Shown piece after piece: positions 35,922 through 48,060 of a DNA stretch of 64,000 nucleotides. The DNA is taken from NCBI RefSeq assembly GCF_011045215.1, contig NZ_CP049201.1; one strand, 5' to 3'. The DNA comes from Escherichia coli (lineage in GTDB: Bacteria > Pseudomonadota > Gammaproteobacteria > Enterobacterales > Enterobacteriaceae). The translations under genes were made by a program, and so were the position numbers. The notes under the pieces were generated by a model. It was not told the DNA's origin. It searched no databases and was given only the letters and a program-made list of their open reading frames with translations. The stretch's first letter is position 1, and the number at the start of each line of letters is the position of its first letter.

Positions 35922-37925
35922 TCAGGCATCTTTCACTCCCAGCACCTTATGCGCTTTTGCCACAATATTCTCGGCGGTAAAGCCAAAGAACGGGAACAGC
36001 TTATCCGCCGGAGCAGATTCCCCGTAACCCGTCATCCCGACAATTGCCCCTTTCAGACCAACATACTTGTACCAGTAATCGGCAATACCTGCTTCCACCG
36101 CCACGCGAGCCGCAACGTTAGAAGGCAACACCGACTCCCGATATTCCTCATCCTGGGCGTCGAAAATATCGGTCGAGGGCAGGGAAACTACGCGAACATT
36201 GCGACCTTCTCCCGCTAATTTCTCTGCCGCTTGCAGGGTGATTTCCATCTCTGAACCGGTGGCAATCAAAATAATATCTGGCTTACCGCCGCTGTCTTTC
36301 AGCACATAACCGCCACGAGCAATCTCTTTAACCTGATCCGGCGTACGTTCCACCTGGGCCAGATTCTGCCTGGAGAGAATCAGTGCCGTCGGTCCGTTGT
36401 GGCGCTCAACCGCCAGCTTCCAGCCCACCGCCGCTTCCACCTGATCGCACGGTCGCCAGGTGCTGAAATTTGGCGTTAAGCGCAGGCTGGCCAGTTGCTC
36501 AACAGCCTGGTGCGTCGGACCATCTTCGCCCAGGCCAATTGAGTCGTGGGTATAAACCATAATCTGCCGCGCTTTCATCAGTGCCGCCATCCGCGCGGCG
36601 TTACGGGCGTATTCAACAAACATCAGGAACGTCGCGGTATACGGCACAAAGCCACCGTGGTGCGCAATGCCATTGGCGATAGCGGTCATGCCAAATTCAC
36701 GCACCCCGTAGTGAATGTAGTTGCCCGCCGGATCTTCCTTCAGCGAAACAGAACCTTTCCAGATGGTCAGGTTGCTGGGAGCCAGATCCGCCGAACCGCC
36801 GAGCAGCTCCGGTAGTATCGGCCCGTAAGCGTTAAGCGTATTTTGCGAAGCCTTACGGGTAGCGATTTTCGCCGGATTCGCCTGCAACTCATTGATATAT
36901 TTCTGAGTCGTTTTCTCCCAGTCCTTCGGTAAACCACCGCTCATCCGACGGGTAAACTCTTCTGCCAGTTGCGGATGAGCCTTTTTATAGGCGGCAAACT
37001 TCTCATTCCAGCTCTGCTGCGCTTTTTCGCCTTTTTCGCGGGCATCCCAGGCGTGATAAATCTCTTTAGGGATCTCAAATGGCGGATGGTGCCAGCCCAG
37101 TTTTTGCCGTGCCAGCGCCACTTCTTCTTCCCCCAGCGGTGCGCCGTGCGCCTCTTCCTTACCTGCTTTATTCGGCGAACCAAAACCAATCACCGTACGG
37201 CAGATAATCAGCGACGGCTTATCTTTCACGCTTTGCGCTTCAAGGATCGCTTCCTTCACCGCCTGCGGATCGTGACCGTCGATTTCATGGATCACATGCC
37301 AGTGATAGGCTTCAAAACGTTTTGCCGTATCGTCGGTAAACCAGCCTTCGGTTTCTCCATCAATCGAAATACCGTTGTGATCGTAAAAACCAATCAGCTT
37401 GCCCAGTCCCAGCGTGCCCGCCAGCGAACAGACTTCGTGGGAAATACCTTCCATCAGGCAGCCGTCGCCCATAAACACATAGGTGAAGTGATCGACGATC
37501 TCATGGTCTGGCTGGTTAAACTGTGCAGCCAGCGTACGTTCCGCTATCGCCAGCCCGACGGCGTTCGCCAAACCTTGTCCAAGAGGACCGGTGGTGGTTT
37601 CAACTCCGGGCGTATAGCCGATTTCCGGGTGGCCAGGGGTTTTCGAATGCAGTTGACGAAAGTTCTTCAGCTCTTCCAGCGGCAGGTCGTAACCGGTCAG
37701 ATGCAGCAAACTGTAGAGCAGCATCGATGCGTGACCGTTGGAAAGAATAAAGCGGTCGCGATCATACCAGGTTGGGTCGGTAGGGTTATGTTTAAGAAAA
37801 TCGTTCCACAGCACTTCAGCAATATCAGCCATGCCCATCGGCGCGCCGGGATGACCAGAATTGGCTTTTTGTACCGCATCCATACTGAGTGCGCGAATCG
37901 CATTGGCAAGGTCTTTTCGGGACAT
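35922..37925 (-). CDS. tktB: Transketolase 2 TktB
   Basis: Track ORF trimmed to [33 protein letters not shown] (667 aa). Confidence 0.9.
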   Translation of the reverse strand: MSRKDLANAIRALSMDAVQKANSGHPGAPMGMADIAEVLWNDFLKHNPTDPTWYDRDRFILSNGHASMLLYSLLHLTGYDLPLEELKNFRQLHSKTPGHPEIGYTPGVETTTGPLGQGLANAVGLAIAERTLAAQFNQPDHEIVDHFTYVFMGDGCLMEGISHEVCSLAGTLGLGKLIGFYDHNGISIDGETEGWFTDDTAKRFEAYHWHVIHEIDGHDPQAVKEAILEAQSVKDKPSLIICRTVIGFGSPNKAGKEEAHGAPLGEEEVALARQKLGWHHPPFEIPKEIYHAWDAREKGEKAQQSWNEKFAAYKKAHPQLAEEFTRRMSGGLPKDWEKTTQKYINELQANPAKIATRKASQNTLNAYGPILPELLGGSADLAPSNLTIWKGSVSLKEDPAGNYIHYGVREFGMTAIANGIAHHGGFVPYTATFLMFVEYARNAARMAALMKARQIMVYTHDSIGLGEDGPTHQAVEQLASLRLTPNFSTWRPCDQVEAAVGWKLAVERHNGPTALILSRQNLAQVERTPDQVKEIARGGYVLKDSGGKPDIILIATGSEMEITLQAAEKLAGEGRNVRVVSLPSTDIFDAQDEEYRESVLPSNVAARVAVEAGIADYWYKYVGLKGAIVGMTGYGESAPADKLFPFFGFTAENIVAKAHKVLGVKDA

Positions 37926-37944
37926 ATAACACTCCGTGGCTGGT

Positions 37945-38895
37945 TTATAGTTTGGCGGCAAGAAGATCTTCCAGTTTGCGTTGATCAACGGCGAACAGAC
38001 GAATGCCTTCAGACAGTTTTTCTACCGCCATCGCATCCTGATTGTGCTCCCAACGGAACTCCGCTTCGCTCATGGGAGCTGGGCGTGGGAACGTCTGAGA
38101 AGGTGGGATTAATTTACGTACCACTGGCGAAACTTTTTCCTGCAGCTCCTTCAGCAAATTCGGTGCGATAGTCAGTCGATCGCAGCCGGTTAAGGCGAGG
38201 ATTTGTTCGGTGCGACGGAAGCTCGCGCCCATCACAATGGTTTCATAGTGGTGTTGCTTATAGTAGTCGTAGATATTGCGCACCGATTTAACGCCCGGAT
38301 CTTCTTCCACCACATATGGGTCCATCGGCTTGCGTGCCTGATACCAGTCATAAATACGCCCGACAAACGGCGAAATCAGAAAAACGCCCGCTTCTGCACA
38401 GGCCCGCGCCTGTGCAAAAGAAAACAGCAGCGTCAGGTTGCAGTTAATACCTTCTTTTTCCAGCTCTTCTGCCGCGCGAATTCCTTCCCAGGTCGAAGCC
38501 AGTTTGATCAGAATGCGTGATTTCTCAACGCCTTGTTGCTGATACAAGTCCACCAGATGGCGCGCCTTCTCAATACTCTTTTCTTTATCAAAAGAGAGGC
38601 GTGCATCAACTTCTGTTGACACGCGACCGGGTACGATTTTGAGAATTTCAGCACCGAAATTGACCGCCAGTTTGTCACACGCTGCGACCACCTGTTGTTC
38701 CTGGGTCTTGCCATTTTTTTTACCCCAGGCGATAGCATCGTCTATTAAATGCTCATATTGTGATAATCCGGCAGCCTTGAGTAACAGCGAAGGATTGGTG
38801 GTGGCATCCTGGGGATGATAATGGCGAATGGACTCAATATCGCCGCTGTCTGCCACGACAGTGGTGAACTGTTTGATGCCGTCTAACTCGTTCAT
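37945..38895 (-). CDS. talA: Transaldolase A TalA
   Basis: 316-aa [26 protein letters not shown], operon with tktB. Confidence 0.9.
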   Translation of the reverse strand: MNELDGIKQFTTVVADSGDIESIRHYHPQDATTNPSLLLKAAGLSQYEHLIDDAIAWGKKNGKTQEQQVVAACDKLAVNFGAEILKIVPGRVSTEVDARLSFDKEKSIEKARHLVDLYQQQGVEKSRILIKLASTWEGIRAAEELEKEGINCNLTLLFSFAQARACAEAGVFLISPFVGRIYDWYQARKPMDPYVVEEDPGVKSVRNIYDYYKQHHYETIVMGASFRRTEQILALTGCDRLTIAPNLLKELQEKVSPVVRKLIPPSQTFPRPAPMSEAEFRWEHNQDAMAVEKLSEGIRLFAVDQRKLEDLLAAKL

Positions 38896-39183
38896 AGGAA
38901 ATACTCCTTGAAAAGTAAAGTGTTAGATGAGTGCGTTAATTCACACTTCTGAGAAATTTCGCTAAACGCATCAAAAAAGCATAGCAGACAGGCATGGTAT
39001 TGCTGGATTAAGCAGGTAACATCAGTGTTATAGGATTATTACCAAAACATTATATTAATGGTGAGAGTTTGGACTTGCTCAAAGTCTGTAGACTCCGGCA
39101 AGGTAATAATGTGCGCCACGTTGTGGGCAGGGGCTGTTGCCCACACACTTTATTTGTGAACGTTACGTGAAAGGAACAACCAA

Positions 39184-41463
39184 ATGGATGACCAGTTAAA
39201 ACAAAGTGCACTTGATTTCCATGAATTTCCAGTTCCAGGGAAAATCCAGGTTTCTCCAACCAAGCCTCTGGCAACGCAGCGCGATCTGGCGCTGGCCTAC
39301 TCACCAGGCGTTGCCGCACCTTGTCTTGAAATCGAAAAAGACCCGTTAAAAGCCTACAAATATACCGCGCGCGGTAACCTGGTGGCGGTGATCTCTAACG
39401 GTACGGCGGTGCTGGGGTTAGGCAACATTGGCGCGCTGGCAGGCAAACCGGTGATGGAAGGCAAGGGCGTTCTGTTTAAGAAATTCGCCGGGATTGATGT
39501 ATTTGACATTGAAGTTGATGAACTCGACCCGGACAAATTTATTGAAGTCGTCGCTGCGCTCGAACCGACCTTCGGCGGAATCAACCTCGAAGACATTAAA
39601 GCGCCAGAATGTTTCTATATTGAACAGAAACTGCGCGAGCGGATGAATATTCCGGTATTCCACGACGATCAGCACGGCACGGCAATTATCAGCACTGCCG
39701 CCATCCTCAACGGCTTGCGCGTGGTGGAGAAAAACATCTCTGACGTGCGGATGGTGGTTTCCGGCGCGGGCGCCGCAGCAATCGCCTGTATGAACCTGCT
39801 GGTAGCGCTGGGTCTGCAAAAACATAACATCGTGGTTTGCGATTCAAAAGGCGTTATCTATCAGGGCCGTGAGCCAAACATGGCGGAAACCAAAGCCGCA
39901 TATGCGGTGGTGGATGACGGCAAACGTACCCTCGATGATGTAATTGAAGGCGCGGATATTTTCCTCGGCTGTTCCGGCCCGAAAGTGCTGACCCAGGAAA
40001 TGGTGAAGAAAATGGCTCGGGCACCAATGATCCTGGCGCTGGCGAACCCGGAACCGGAAATTCTGCCGCCGCTGGCGAAAGAAGTGCGTCCGGATGCCAT
40101 CATCTGTACCGGCCGTTCCGACTACCCGAACCAGGTGAACAACGTCCTTTGCTTCCCGTTCATCTTCCGTGGCGCGCTGGACGTTGGCGCAACCGCCATC
40201 AACGAAGAGATGAAACTGGCGGCGGTACGCGCGATTGCAGAACTGGCCCATGCGGAACAGAGTGAAGTGGTGGCTTCAGCGTATGGCGATCAGGATCTGA
40301 GCTTTGGTCCGGAATACATCATTCCAAAACCGTTTGATCCGCGCTTGATCGTTAAGATCGCTCCTGCGGTCGCGAAAGCGGCGATGGAGTCGGGCGTGGC
40401 GACGCGTCCGATTGCTGATTTCGACGTATACATCGACAAGCTGACTGAGTTCGTTTACAAAACCAACCTGTTTATGAAGCCGATTTTCTCCCAGGCTCGC
40501 AAAGCGCCGAAGCGCGTAGTTCTGCCGGAAGGGGAAGAGGCGCGCGTTCTGCATGCCACTCAGGAACTGGTAACGCTGGGACTGGCGAAACCGATCCTTA
40601 TCGGTCGTCCGAACGTGATCGAAATGCGCATTCAGAAACTGGGCTTGCAGATCAAAGCGGGCGTTGATTTTGAGATCGTCAATAACGAATCCGATCCGCG
40701 CTTTAAAGAGTACTGGACCGAATACTTCCAGATCATGAAGCGTCGCGGCGTCACTCAGGAACAGGCGCAGCGGGCGTTGATCAGTAACCCGACAGTGATC
40801 GGCGCGATCATGGTTCAGCGTGGCGAAGCCGATGCAATGATTTGCGGTACGGTGGGTGATTATCATGAACATTTTAGCGTGGTGAAAAATGTCTTTGGTT
40901 ATCGCGATGGCGTTCACACCGCAGGTGCCATGAACGCGCTGCTGCTGCCGAGTGGTAACACCTTTATTGCCGATACATATGTTAATGATGAACCGGATGC
41001 AGAAGAGCTGGCGGAGATCACCTTGATGGCGGCAGAAACTGTCCGTCGTTTTGGTATTGAGCCGCGCGTTGCTTTGTTGTCGCACTCCAACTTTGGTTCT
41101 TCTGACTGCCCGTCGTCGAGCAAAATGCGTCAGGCGCTGGAACTGGTCAGGGAACGTGCACCAGAACTGATGATTGATGGTGAAATGCACGGCGATGCAG
41201 CGCTGGTGGAAGCGATTCGCAACGACCGTATGCCGGACAGCTCTTTGAAAGGTTCCGCCAATATTCTGGTGATGCCGAACATGGAAGCTGCCCGCATTAG
41301 TTACAACTTACTGCGTGTTTCCAGCTCGGAAGGTGTGACTGTCGGCCCGGTGCTGATGGGTGTGGCGAAACCGGTTCACGTGTTAACGCCGATCGCATCG
41401 GTGCGTCGTATCGTCAACATGGTGGCGCTGGCCGTGGTAGAAGCGCAAACCCAACCGCTGTAA
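39184..41463 (+). CDS. maeB: NADP-dependent malic enzyme MaeB (malic enzyme + PTA-like domain)
   Basis: 759-aa [38 protein letters not shown]. Confidence 0.9.
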
Positions 41464-41755
41464 TTTTTTTTAACTCTCACGCTTACCCTGAATATTCAGG
41501 GTAAGCAGTTTAGCTGCAATATATTAGTAAAGCTTATTACTGAGTTTGCGAATAATAAAAAAAAGCAGTCTATATAATATCTCGATATTATTTTATTTAT
41601 ATTCATGCGTTGCATATGAAAGTTTATGCACCACAGCGAATATCTCTCCATTCTTAGTGATCTACCTCACCTTTTAAACGCGCTTGCCGAATTTTGTTAT
41701 TTACTCTGACGAAAAATTGTCACGATACACGCAAGTTTTTCACAGGCGGCGACTC

Positions 41756-42091
41756 ATGGATAAAGAACGCATCATTCAGGAATTTGTGCCCGGCAAACAG
41801 GTCACGCTGGCGCATCTCATCGCGCATCCCGGCGAGGAACTGGCGAAGAAAATCGGCGTTCCGGATGCTGGCGCAATCGGCATTATGACGCTAACTCCTG
41901 GCGAAACGGCGATGATCGCCGGTGATTTAGCATTGAAAGCCGCCGATGTGCATATCGGTTTTCTCGACCGTTTTAGCGGCGCGCTGGTGATTTATGGCTC
42001 GGTGGGTGCAGTAGAAGAAGCGTTATCACAAACCGTCAGTGGTTTAGGTCGCTTATTAAATTATACGCTTTGTGAAATGACCAAAAGTTAA
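41756..42091 (+). CDS. eutS: Ethanolamine microcompartment shell protein EutS (BMC domain)
   Basis: ATG at 41756 gives [25 protein letters not shown] (111 aa); first gene of eut operon. Confidence 0.85.
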
Positions 42092-42103
42092 TACGAGGCA
42101 TTC

Positions 42104-42583
42104 ATGAAACGAATTGCGTTTGTGGGTACCGTCGGGGCAGGGAAAACAACGTTATTTAATGCGTTGCAGGGGAATTATACCCTCGCCAGAAAAACACAGG
42201 CCGTGGAATTTAATGATAAGGGCGATATTGATACGCCGGGTGAATATTTTAGCCATCCCCGCTGGTATCACGCCTTAATTACCACGCTACAGGATGTGGA
42301 CATGCTGATCTATGTCCACGGCGCGAATGACCCGGAAAGTCGGTTGCCTGCCGGGTTGCTGGATATTGGCGTCAGCAAACGGCAAATCGCCGTCATCAGT
42401 AAAACGGACATGCCAGATGCTGACGTCGCCGCAACGCGAAAGTTATTGCTTGAGACTGGCTTCGAAGAGCCGATTTTCGAGCTAAACAGCCACGACCCGC
42501 AAAGCGTGCAGCAACTGGTGGATTATCTGGCATCTCTCACCAAACAGGAGGAAGCAGGTGAAAAAACTCATCACAGCGAATGA
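42104..42583 (+). CDS. eutP: Ethanolamine utilisation acetate kinase/GTPase-like protein EutP
   Basis: 159 aa with P-loop GTVGAGKTT. Confidence 0.85.
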   Translation: MKRIAFVGTVGAGKTTLFNALQGNYTLARKTQAVEFNDKGDIDTPGEYFSHPRWYHALITTLQDVDMLIYVHGANDPESRLPAGLLDIGVSKRQIAVISKTDMPDADVAATRKLLLETGFEEPIFELNSHDPQSVQQLVDYLASLTKQEEAGEKTHHSE

Positions 42584-43259
42584 TATTCGTGAAGCACACG
42601 CGCGCGGCGAACAGGCAATGTCCGTGGTTCTGCGCGCCAGCATTATTACCCCGGAAGCCCGTGAAGTGGCGGATCTACTGGGTTTTACCATCACCGAATG
42701 TGATGAATCGTCCCCGGTAACGGCGTCCGTTCCCGCCAGCGTGCCAGCCGATAAAACCGAAAGCCAGCGCATCCGCGAAACCATTATCGCCCAACTGCCG
42801 GAAGGCCAGTTTACCGAAAGCCTGGTCGCGCAGCTGATGGAAAAAGTGATGAGGGAAAAACAGTCGCTGGAGCAGGGTGCAATGCAGTCGAGCTTTAAAT
42901 CGGTGACCGGCAAAGGCGGCATCAAAGTGATTGATGGCAGCAGCGTCAAGTTTGGTCGTTTCGATGGCGCAGAGCCGCATTGCGTGGGCTTAACTGATCT
43001 TGTGACCGGAGACGACGGCAGCAGCATGGCCGCTGGTTTTATGCAGTGGGACAACGCATTCTTCCCGTGGACCCTGAACTACGACGAAATCGATATGGTG
43101 CTGGAAGGGGAGCTGCATGTTCGCCACGCAGGAGAAACCATGATCGCCAAAGCGGGCGATGTGATGTTTATCCCGAAAGGCTCCAGCATCGAATTTGGTA
43201 CGACATCCAGCGTGAAATTCCTGTATGTCGCCTGGCCGGCTAACTGGCAATCCCTATGA
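42558..43259 (+). CDS. eutQ: Ethanolamine utilisation cupin-domain protein EutQ
   Basis: 233-aa ORF overlapping eutP 3' end; operon position. Confidence 0.8.
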   Translation: MKKLITANDIREAHARGEQAMSVVLRASIITPEAREVADLLGFTITECDESSPVTASVPASVPADKTESQRIRETIIAQLPEGQFTESLVAQLMEKVMREKQSLEQGAMQSSFKSVTGKGGIKVIDGSSVKFGRFDGAEPHCVGLTDLVTGDDGSSMAAGFMQWDNAFFPWTLNYDEIDMVLEGELHVRHAGETMIAKAGDVMFIPKGSSIEFGTTSSVKFLYVAWPANWQSL

Positions 43260-44059
43260 AAGATTTCATCACCGAAGCATGGCTAAGAGCGAACCATACG
43301 CTCAGCGAAGGCGCAGAGATCCATCTCCCTGCGGACAGTCGCCTGACGCCCTCTGCCCGGGAGTTACTGGAAAGCCGCCATCTGCGCATCAAGTTTATTG
43401 ACGAGCAGGGCCGCCTGTTTGTTGACGATGAGCAGCAGCAGCCACAGCCCGTTCACGGGCTGACCAGTAGCGATGAACATCCGCAGGCGTGCTGCGAACT
43501 GTGCCGCCAGCCGGTGGCAAAAAAGCCGGATACGCTGACTCATCTGTCGGCGGAAAAAATGGTTGCCAAAAGCGATCCGCGTCTGGGTTTTCGCGCGGTT
43601 CTCGACAGCACCATTGCGCTGGCTGTGTGGCTGCAAATTGAACTGGCGGAACCGTGGCAGCCGTGGCTGGCGGATATCCGTTCGCGTCTTGGCAACATTA
43701 TGCGTGCCGATGCGCTGGGGGAACCGCTGGGCGATCAAGCGATTGTCGGGCTTTCTGACGAAGATCTGCATCGGCTTTCTCACCAGCCGCTGCGCTATCT
43801 CGACCACGATCATCTGGTGCCGGAAGCCAGCCACGGGCGCGATGCTGCGTTGCTCAATCTGCTACGCACCAAAGTGCGGGAAACCGAAACCGTAGCGGCG
43901 CAGGTGTTTATCACCCGCAGCTTTGAAGTATTACGCCCGGACATCTTGCAGGCGCTGAACCGCCTTTCGAGCACGGTCTACGTGATGATGATCCTGAGCG
44001 TAACGAAGCAGCCGCTAACGGTGAAGCAGATCCAACAACGACTGGGGGAAACGCAATGA
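43256..44059 (+). CDS. eutT: Cob(I)alamin adenosyltransferase EutT
   Basis: 267-aa ORF, ATGA overlap with eutQ. Confidence 0.8.
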
Positions 44060-45072
44060 TTATTGAACGTTGTCGTGAACTGGCGTTGCGAGCGCCCGCC
44101 AGAGTGGTTTTTCCGGATGCGTTAGATCAACGTGTGCTGAAAGCTGCGCAATATTTACATCAACAAGGTCTGGCAACGCCCATTCTGGTCGCCAATCCGT
44201 TTGAACTTCGTCAGTTTGCGCTCAGTCATGGCGTAGCGATGGACGGGCTACAGGTTATTGATCCGCATGGCAACCTCGCAATGCGGGAAGAATTTGCTCA
44301 TCGCTGGCTGGCCCGCGCGGGCGAAAAAACGCCGCCGGATGCGCTGGAAAAACTTACCGATCCGCTGATGTTCGCCGCCGCAATGGTCAGCGCCGGTAAA
44401 GCGGATGTCTGTATCGCGGGCAACCTCTCTTCCACGGCGAATGTGCTGCGTGCCGGATTACGCATTATCGGCTTGCAGCCAGGCTGTAAAACGCTCTCAT
44501 CCATTTTCCTGATGCTGCCACAGTACAGCGGTCCGGCGTTGGGCTTTGCCGATTGCAGCGTGGTACCACAGCCGACGGCGGCGCAGCTGGCGGATATCGC
44601 GCTTGCCAGCGCCGAAACCTGGCGCGCCATCACCGGAGAAGAGCCGCGCGTGGCGATGCTGTCGTTTTCCAGTAACGGTAGCGCCCGTCACCCCTGCGTT
44701 GCCAATGTCCAGCAGGCGACAGAAATCGTCCGTGAGCGCGCACCAAAGCTGGTAGTCGATGGCGAGTTGCAGTTTGACGCCGCCTTCGTGCCGGAAGTGG
44801 CGGCGCAAAAAGCGCCTGCCAGCCCGCTACAGGGCAAGGCCAATGTGATGGTTTTTCCGTCGCTGGAAGCCGGAAATATTGGCTACAAAATCGCACAACG
44901 ACTCGGCGGATATCGTGCCGTCGGGCCATTGATACAAGGACTTGCCGCGCCGATGCACGATCTCTCTCGTGGTTGTAGCGTGCAGGAAATTATCGAGCTG
45001 GCGCTGGTGGCAGCTGTGCCGCGTCAGACAGAAGTAAACCGTGAAAGCAGTTTACAAACACTGGTTGAATGA
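44056..45072 (+). CDS. eutD: Phosphotransacetylase EutD
   Basis: 338-aa PTA-family ORF, ATGA overlap with eutT. Confidence 0.85.
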
Positions 45073-45110
45073 ACGGTCCCGTTCTGGACCCTGATAAAGA
45101 GGAAAGCACA

Positions 45111-45404
45111 ATGGAAGCATTAGGAATGATCGAAACCCGGGGCCTGGTTGCACTGATTGAGGCTTCTGACGCGATGGTGAAAGCTGCGCGCGTCAAGCTG
45201 GTTGGTGTTAAGCAGATTGGCGGCGGCCTGTGTACTGCCATGGTTCGTGGTGATGTTGCAGCCTGTAAAGCGGCGACCGATGCCGGTGCCGCAGCGGCAC
45301 AGCGTATCGGCGAGCTGGTATCTGTACACGTTATCCCGCGTCCGCACGGCGACCTGGAAGAAGTGTTCCCGATCGGCCTGAAAGGCGATAGCAGCAACCT
45401 GTAA
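45111..45404 (+). CDS. eutM: Microcompartment major shell protein EutM (BMC hexamer)
   Basis: ATG at 45111 gives [26 protein letters not shown] (97 aa). Confidence 0.9.
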   Translation: MEALGMIETRGLVALIEASDAMVKAARVKLVGVKQIGGGLCTAMVRGDVAACKAATDAGAAAAQRIGELVSVHVIPRPHGDLEEVFPIGLKGDSSNL

Positions 45405-45510
45405 TCACCCTGTGTGACGTCGATTCGGGCGTCACGCTCTCTCATTTTTCATTTTACCTTCCGCGGAGGGTAGGGGGAGCTTTTACCTGAAATACGCCAC
45501 GGAGGCGGGT

Positions 45511-45798
45511 ATGAAACTGGCAGTCGTCACTGGACAAATTGTTTGTACCGTACGCCATCACGGACTGGCGCATGACAAATTGCTGATGGTGGAAATGATT
45601 GATCCACAAGGTAATCCTGACGGGCAATGCGCCGTCGCCATCGACAATATTGGCGCGGGAACCGGGGAGTGGGTGTTACTGGTGAGTGGCAGTTCCGCCC
45701 GCCAGGCGCATAAAAGCGAAACGTCACCGGTCGATCTGTGCGTGATTGGCATTGTCGATGAGGTGGTGTCTGGCGGTCAGGTAATTTTCCACAAATAA
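45511..45798 (+). CDS. eutN: Microcompartment vertex protein EutN
   Basis: 95-aa ORF MKLAVVTGQIVCTVRHHGL (EutN/CcmL family). Confidence 0.85.
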   Translation: MKLAVVTGQIVCTVRHHGLAHDKLLMVEMIDPQGNPDGQCAVAIDNIGAGTGEWVLLVSGSSARQAHKSETSPVDLCVIGIVDEVVSGGQVIFHK

Positions 45799-45809
45799 GG
45801 CAGAACATC

Positions 45810-47213
45810 ATGAATCAACAGGATATTGAACAGGTGGTGAAAGCGGTACTGCTGAAAATGCAAAGCAGTGACACGCCGCCCGCCGCCGTTCATGAGATGG
45901 GCGTTTTCGCGTCCCTGGATGACGCTGTTGCGGCAGCCAAAATTGCCCAGCAAGGGTTAAAGAGCGTGGCAATGCGCCAGTTAGCCATTGCTGCCATTCG
46001 TGAAGCAGGCGAAAAACACGCCAGAGATTTAGCGGAACTTGCCGTCAGTGAAACCGGCATGGGTCGCGTTGAAGATAAATTTGCCAAAAACGTCGCTCAG
46101 GCACGCGGCACGCCAGGCGTTGAGTGTCTCTCTCCGCAAGTGCTGACGGGCGACAACGGCCTGACTTTAATTGAAAACGCGCCATGGGGCGTGGTGGCTT
46201 CGGTGACGCCGTCCACTAACCCGGCGGCAACCGTAATTAATAACGCCATCAGCCTGATTGCCGCGGGCAACAGCGTCATTTTTGCCCCGCATCCGGCGGC
46301 GAAAAAAGTCTCCCAGCGGGCGATCACGCTGCTCAACCAGGCGATTGTTGCCGCAGGCGGGCCGGAAAACTTACTGGTTACTGTGGCAAATCCGGATATC
46401 GAAACCGCGCAACGCTTGTTCAAGTTTCCGGGTATCGGCATGCTGGTGGTGACCGGCGGCGAAGCGGTAGTAGAAGCGGCGCGTAAACACACCAATAAAC
46501 GTCTGATTGCCGCAGGCGCTGGCAACCCGCCGGTAGTGGTGGATGAAACCGCTGACCTCGCCCGTGCTGCTCAGTCCATCGTCAAAGGCGCGTCTTTCGA
46601 TAACAACATCATTTGTGCCGACGAAAAGGTACTGATTGTTGTTGATAGCGTAGCCGATGAACTGATGCGTCTGATGGAAGGCCAGCACGCGGTGAAACTG
46701 ACCGCAGAACAGGCGCAGCAGCTGCAACCGGTGTTGCTGAAAAATATCGACGAGCGCGGAAAAGGCACCGTCAGCCGTGACTGGGTTGGTCGCGACGCAG
46801 GCAAAATCGCGGCGGCAATCGGCCTTAAAGTTCCGCAAGAAACGCGCCTGCTGTTTGTGGAAACCACCGCAGAACATCCGTTTGCCGTGACTGAACTGAT
46901 GATGCCGGTGTTGCCCGTCGTGCGCGTCGCCAACGTGGCGGATGCCATTGCGCTAGCGGTGAAACTGGAAGGCGGTTGCCACCACACGGCGGCAATGCAC
47001 TCGCGCAACATCGAAAACATGAACCAGATGGCGAATGCTATTGATACCAGCATTTTCGTTAAGAACGGACCGTGCATTGCCGGGCTGGGGCTGGGCGGGG
47101 AAGGCTGGACCACCATGACCATCACCACGCCAACCGGTGAAGGGGTAACCAGCGCGCGTACGTTTGTCCGTCTGCGTCGCTGTGTATTAGTCGATGCGTT
47201 TCGCATTGTTTAA
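45810..47213 (+). CDS. eutE: CoA-acylating acetaldehyde dehydrogenase EutE
   Basis: 467-aa aldehyde dehydrogenase-family ORF. Confidence 0.85.
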   Translation: MNQQDIEQVVKAVLLKMQSSDTPPAAVHEMGVFASLDDAVAAAKIAQQGLKSVAMRQLAIAAIREAGEKHARDLAELAVSETGMGRVEDKFAKNVAQARGTPGVECLSPQVLTGDNGLTLIENAPWGVVASVTPSTNPAATVINNAISLIAAGNSVIFAPHPAAKKVSQRAITLLNQAIVAAGGPENLLVTVANPDIETAQRLFKFPGIGMLVVTGGEAVVEAARKHTNKRLIAAGAGNPPVVVDETADLARAAQSIVKGASFDNNIICADEKVLIVVDSVADELMRLMEGQHAVKLTAEQAQQLQPVLLKNIDERGKGTVSRDWVGRDAGKIAAAIGLKVPQETRLLFVETTAEHPFAVTELMMPVLPVVRVANVADAIALAVKLEGGCHHTAAMHSRNIENMNQMANAIDTSIFVKNGPCIAGLGLGGEGWTTMTITTPTGEGVTSARTFVRLRRCVLVDAFRIV

Positions 47214-47223
47214 GGAGTAACAG

Positions 47224-48060
47224 ATGGCGCACGACGAACAATGGCTCACCCCACGTCTGCAAACGGCGGCAACGCTGTGTAACCAGACGCCCGCCGCGAC
47301 GGAATCTCCGCTGTGGCTGGGGGTGGATCTGGGCACCTGCGATGTGGTGTCGATGGTTGTCGACCGCGACGGTCAGCCAGTGGCGGTATGCCTCGACTGG
47401 GCCGATGTGGTTCGCGACGGCATCGTCTGGGATTTCTTCGGCGCTGTCACCATTGTTCGTCGCCATCTCGACACGCTCGAGCAGCAATTCGGTCGTCGTT
47501 TTAGCCATGCGGCGACTTCATTTCCTCCAGGTACGGACCCGCGTATTTCCATCAACGTGCTGGAATCTGCCGGACTGGAAGTGAGCCATGTGCTGGATGA
47601 GCCAACCGCAGTTGCGGATCTGCTGCAACTGGACAACGCCGGTGTAGTGGATATCGGCGGCGGCACTACCGGCATTGCCATCGTGAAAAAGGGCAAGGTG
47701 ACGTACTCGGCGGATGAAGCCACCGGCGGACATCACATCTCTCTGACTCTCGCCGGAAATCGCCGTATTTCGCTGGAAGAGGCGGAGCAGTACAAGCGCG
47801 GTCACGGTGACGAGATTTGGCCTGCGGTGAAACCGGTGTACGAAAAAATGGCGGACATTGTCGCCCGGCATATTGAAGGGCAGGGCATTACTGATTTATG
47901 GCTGGCGGGCGGCTCTTGTATGCAACCGGGCGTGGCGGAACTGTTTCGCAAACAATTCCCGGCGTTACAGGTGCATTTACCGCAGCACAGTTTGTTTATG
48001 ACCCCGCTGGCGATCGCCAGTAGTGGGCGAGAGAAAGCGGAGGGGCTATATGCAAAATGA
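47224..48060 (+). CDS. eutJ: Ethanolamine utilisation chaperone-like protein EutJ (Hsp70/actin fold)
   Basis: 278 aa with DLGTCDV and DIGGGTTG ATPase-fold motifs. Confidence 0.85.
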   Translation: MAHDEQWLTPRLQTAATLCNQTPAATESPLWLGVDLGTCDVVSMVVDRDGQPVAVCLDWADVVRDGIVWDFFGAVTIVRRHLDTLEQQFGRRFSHAATSFPPGTDPRISINVLESAGLEVSHVLDEPTAVADLLQLDNAGVVDIGGGTTGIAIVKKGKVTYSADEATGGHHISLTLAGNRRISLEEAEQYKRGHGDEIWPAVKPVYEKMADIVARHIEGQGITDLWLAGGSCMQPGVAELFRKQFPALQVHLPQHSLFMTPLAIASSGREKAEGLYAK

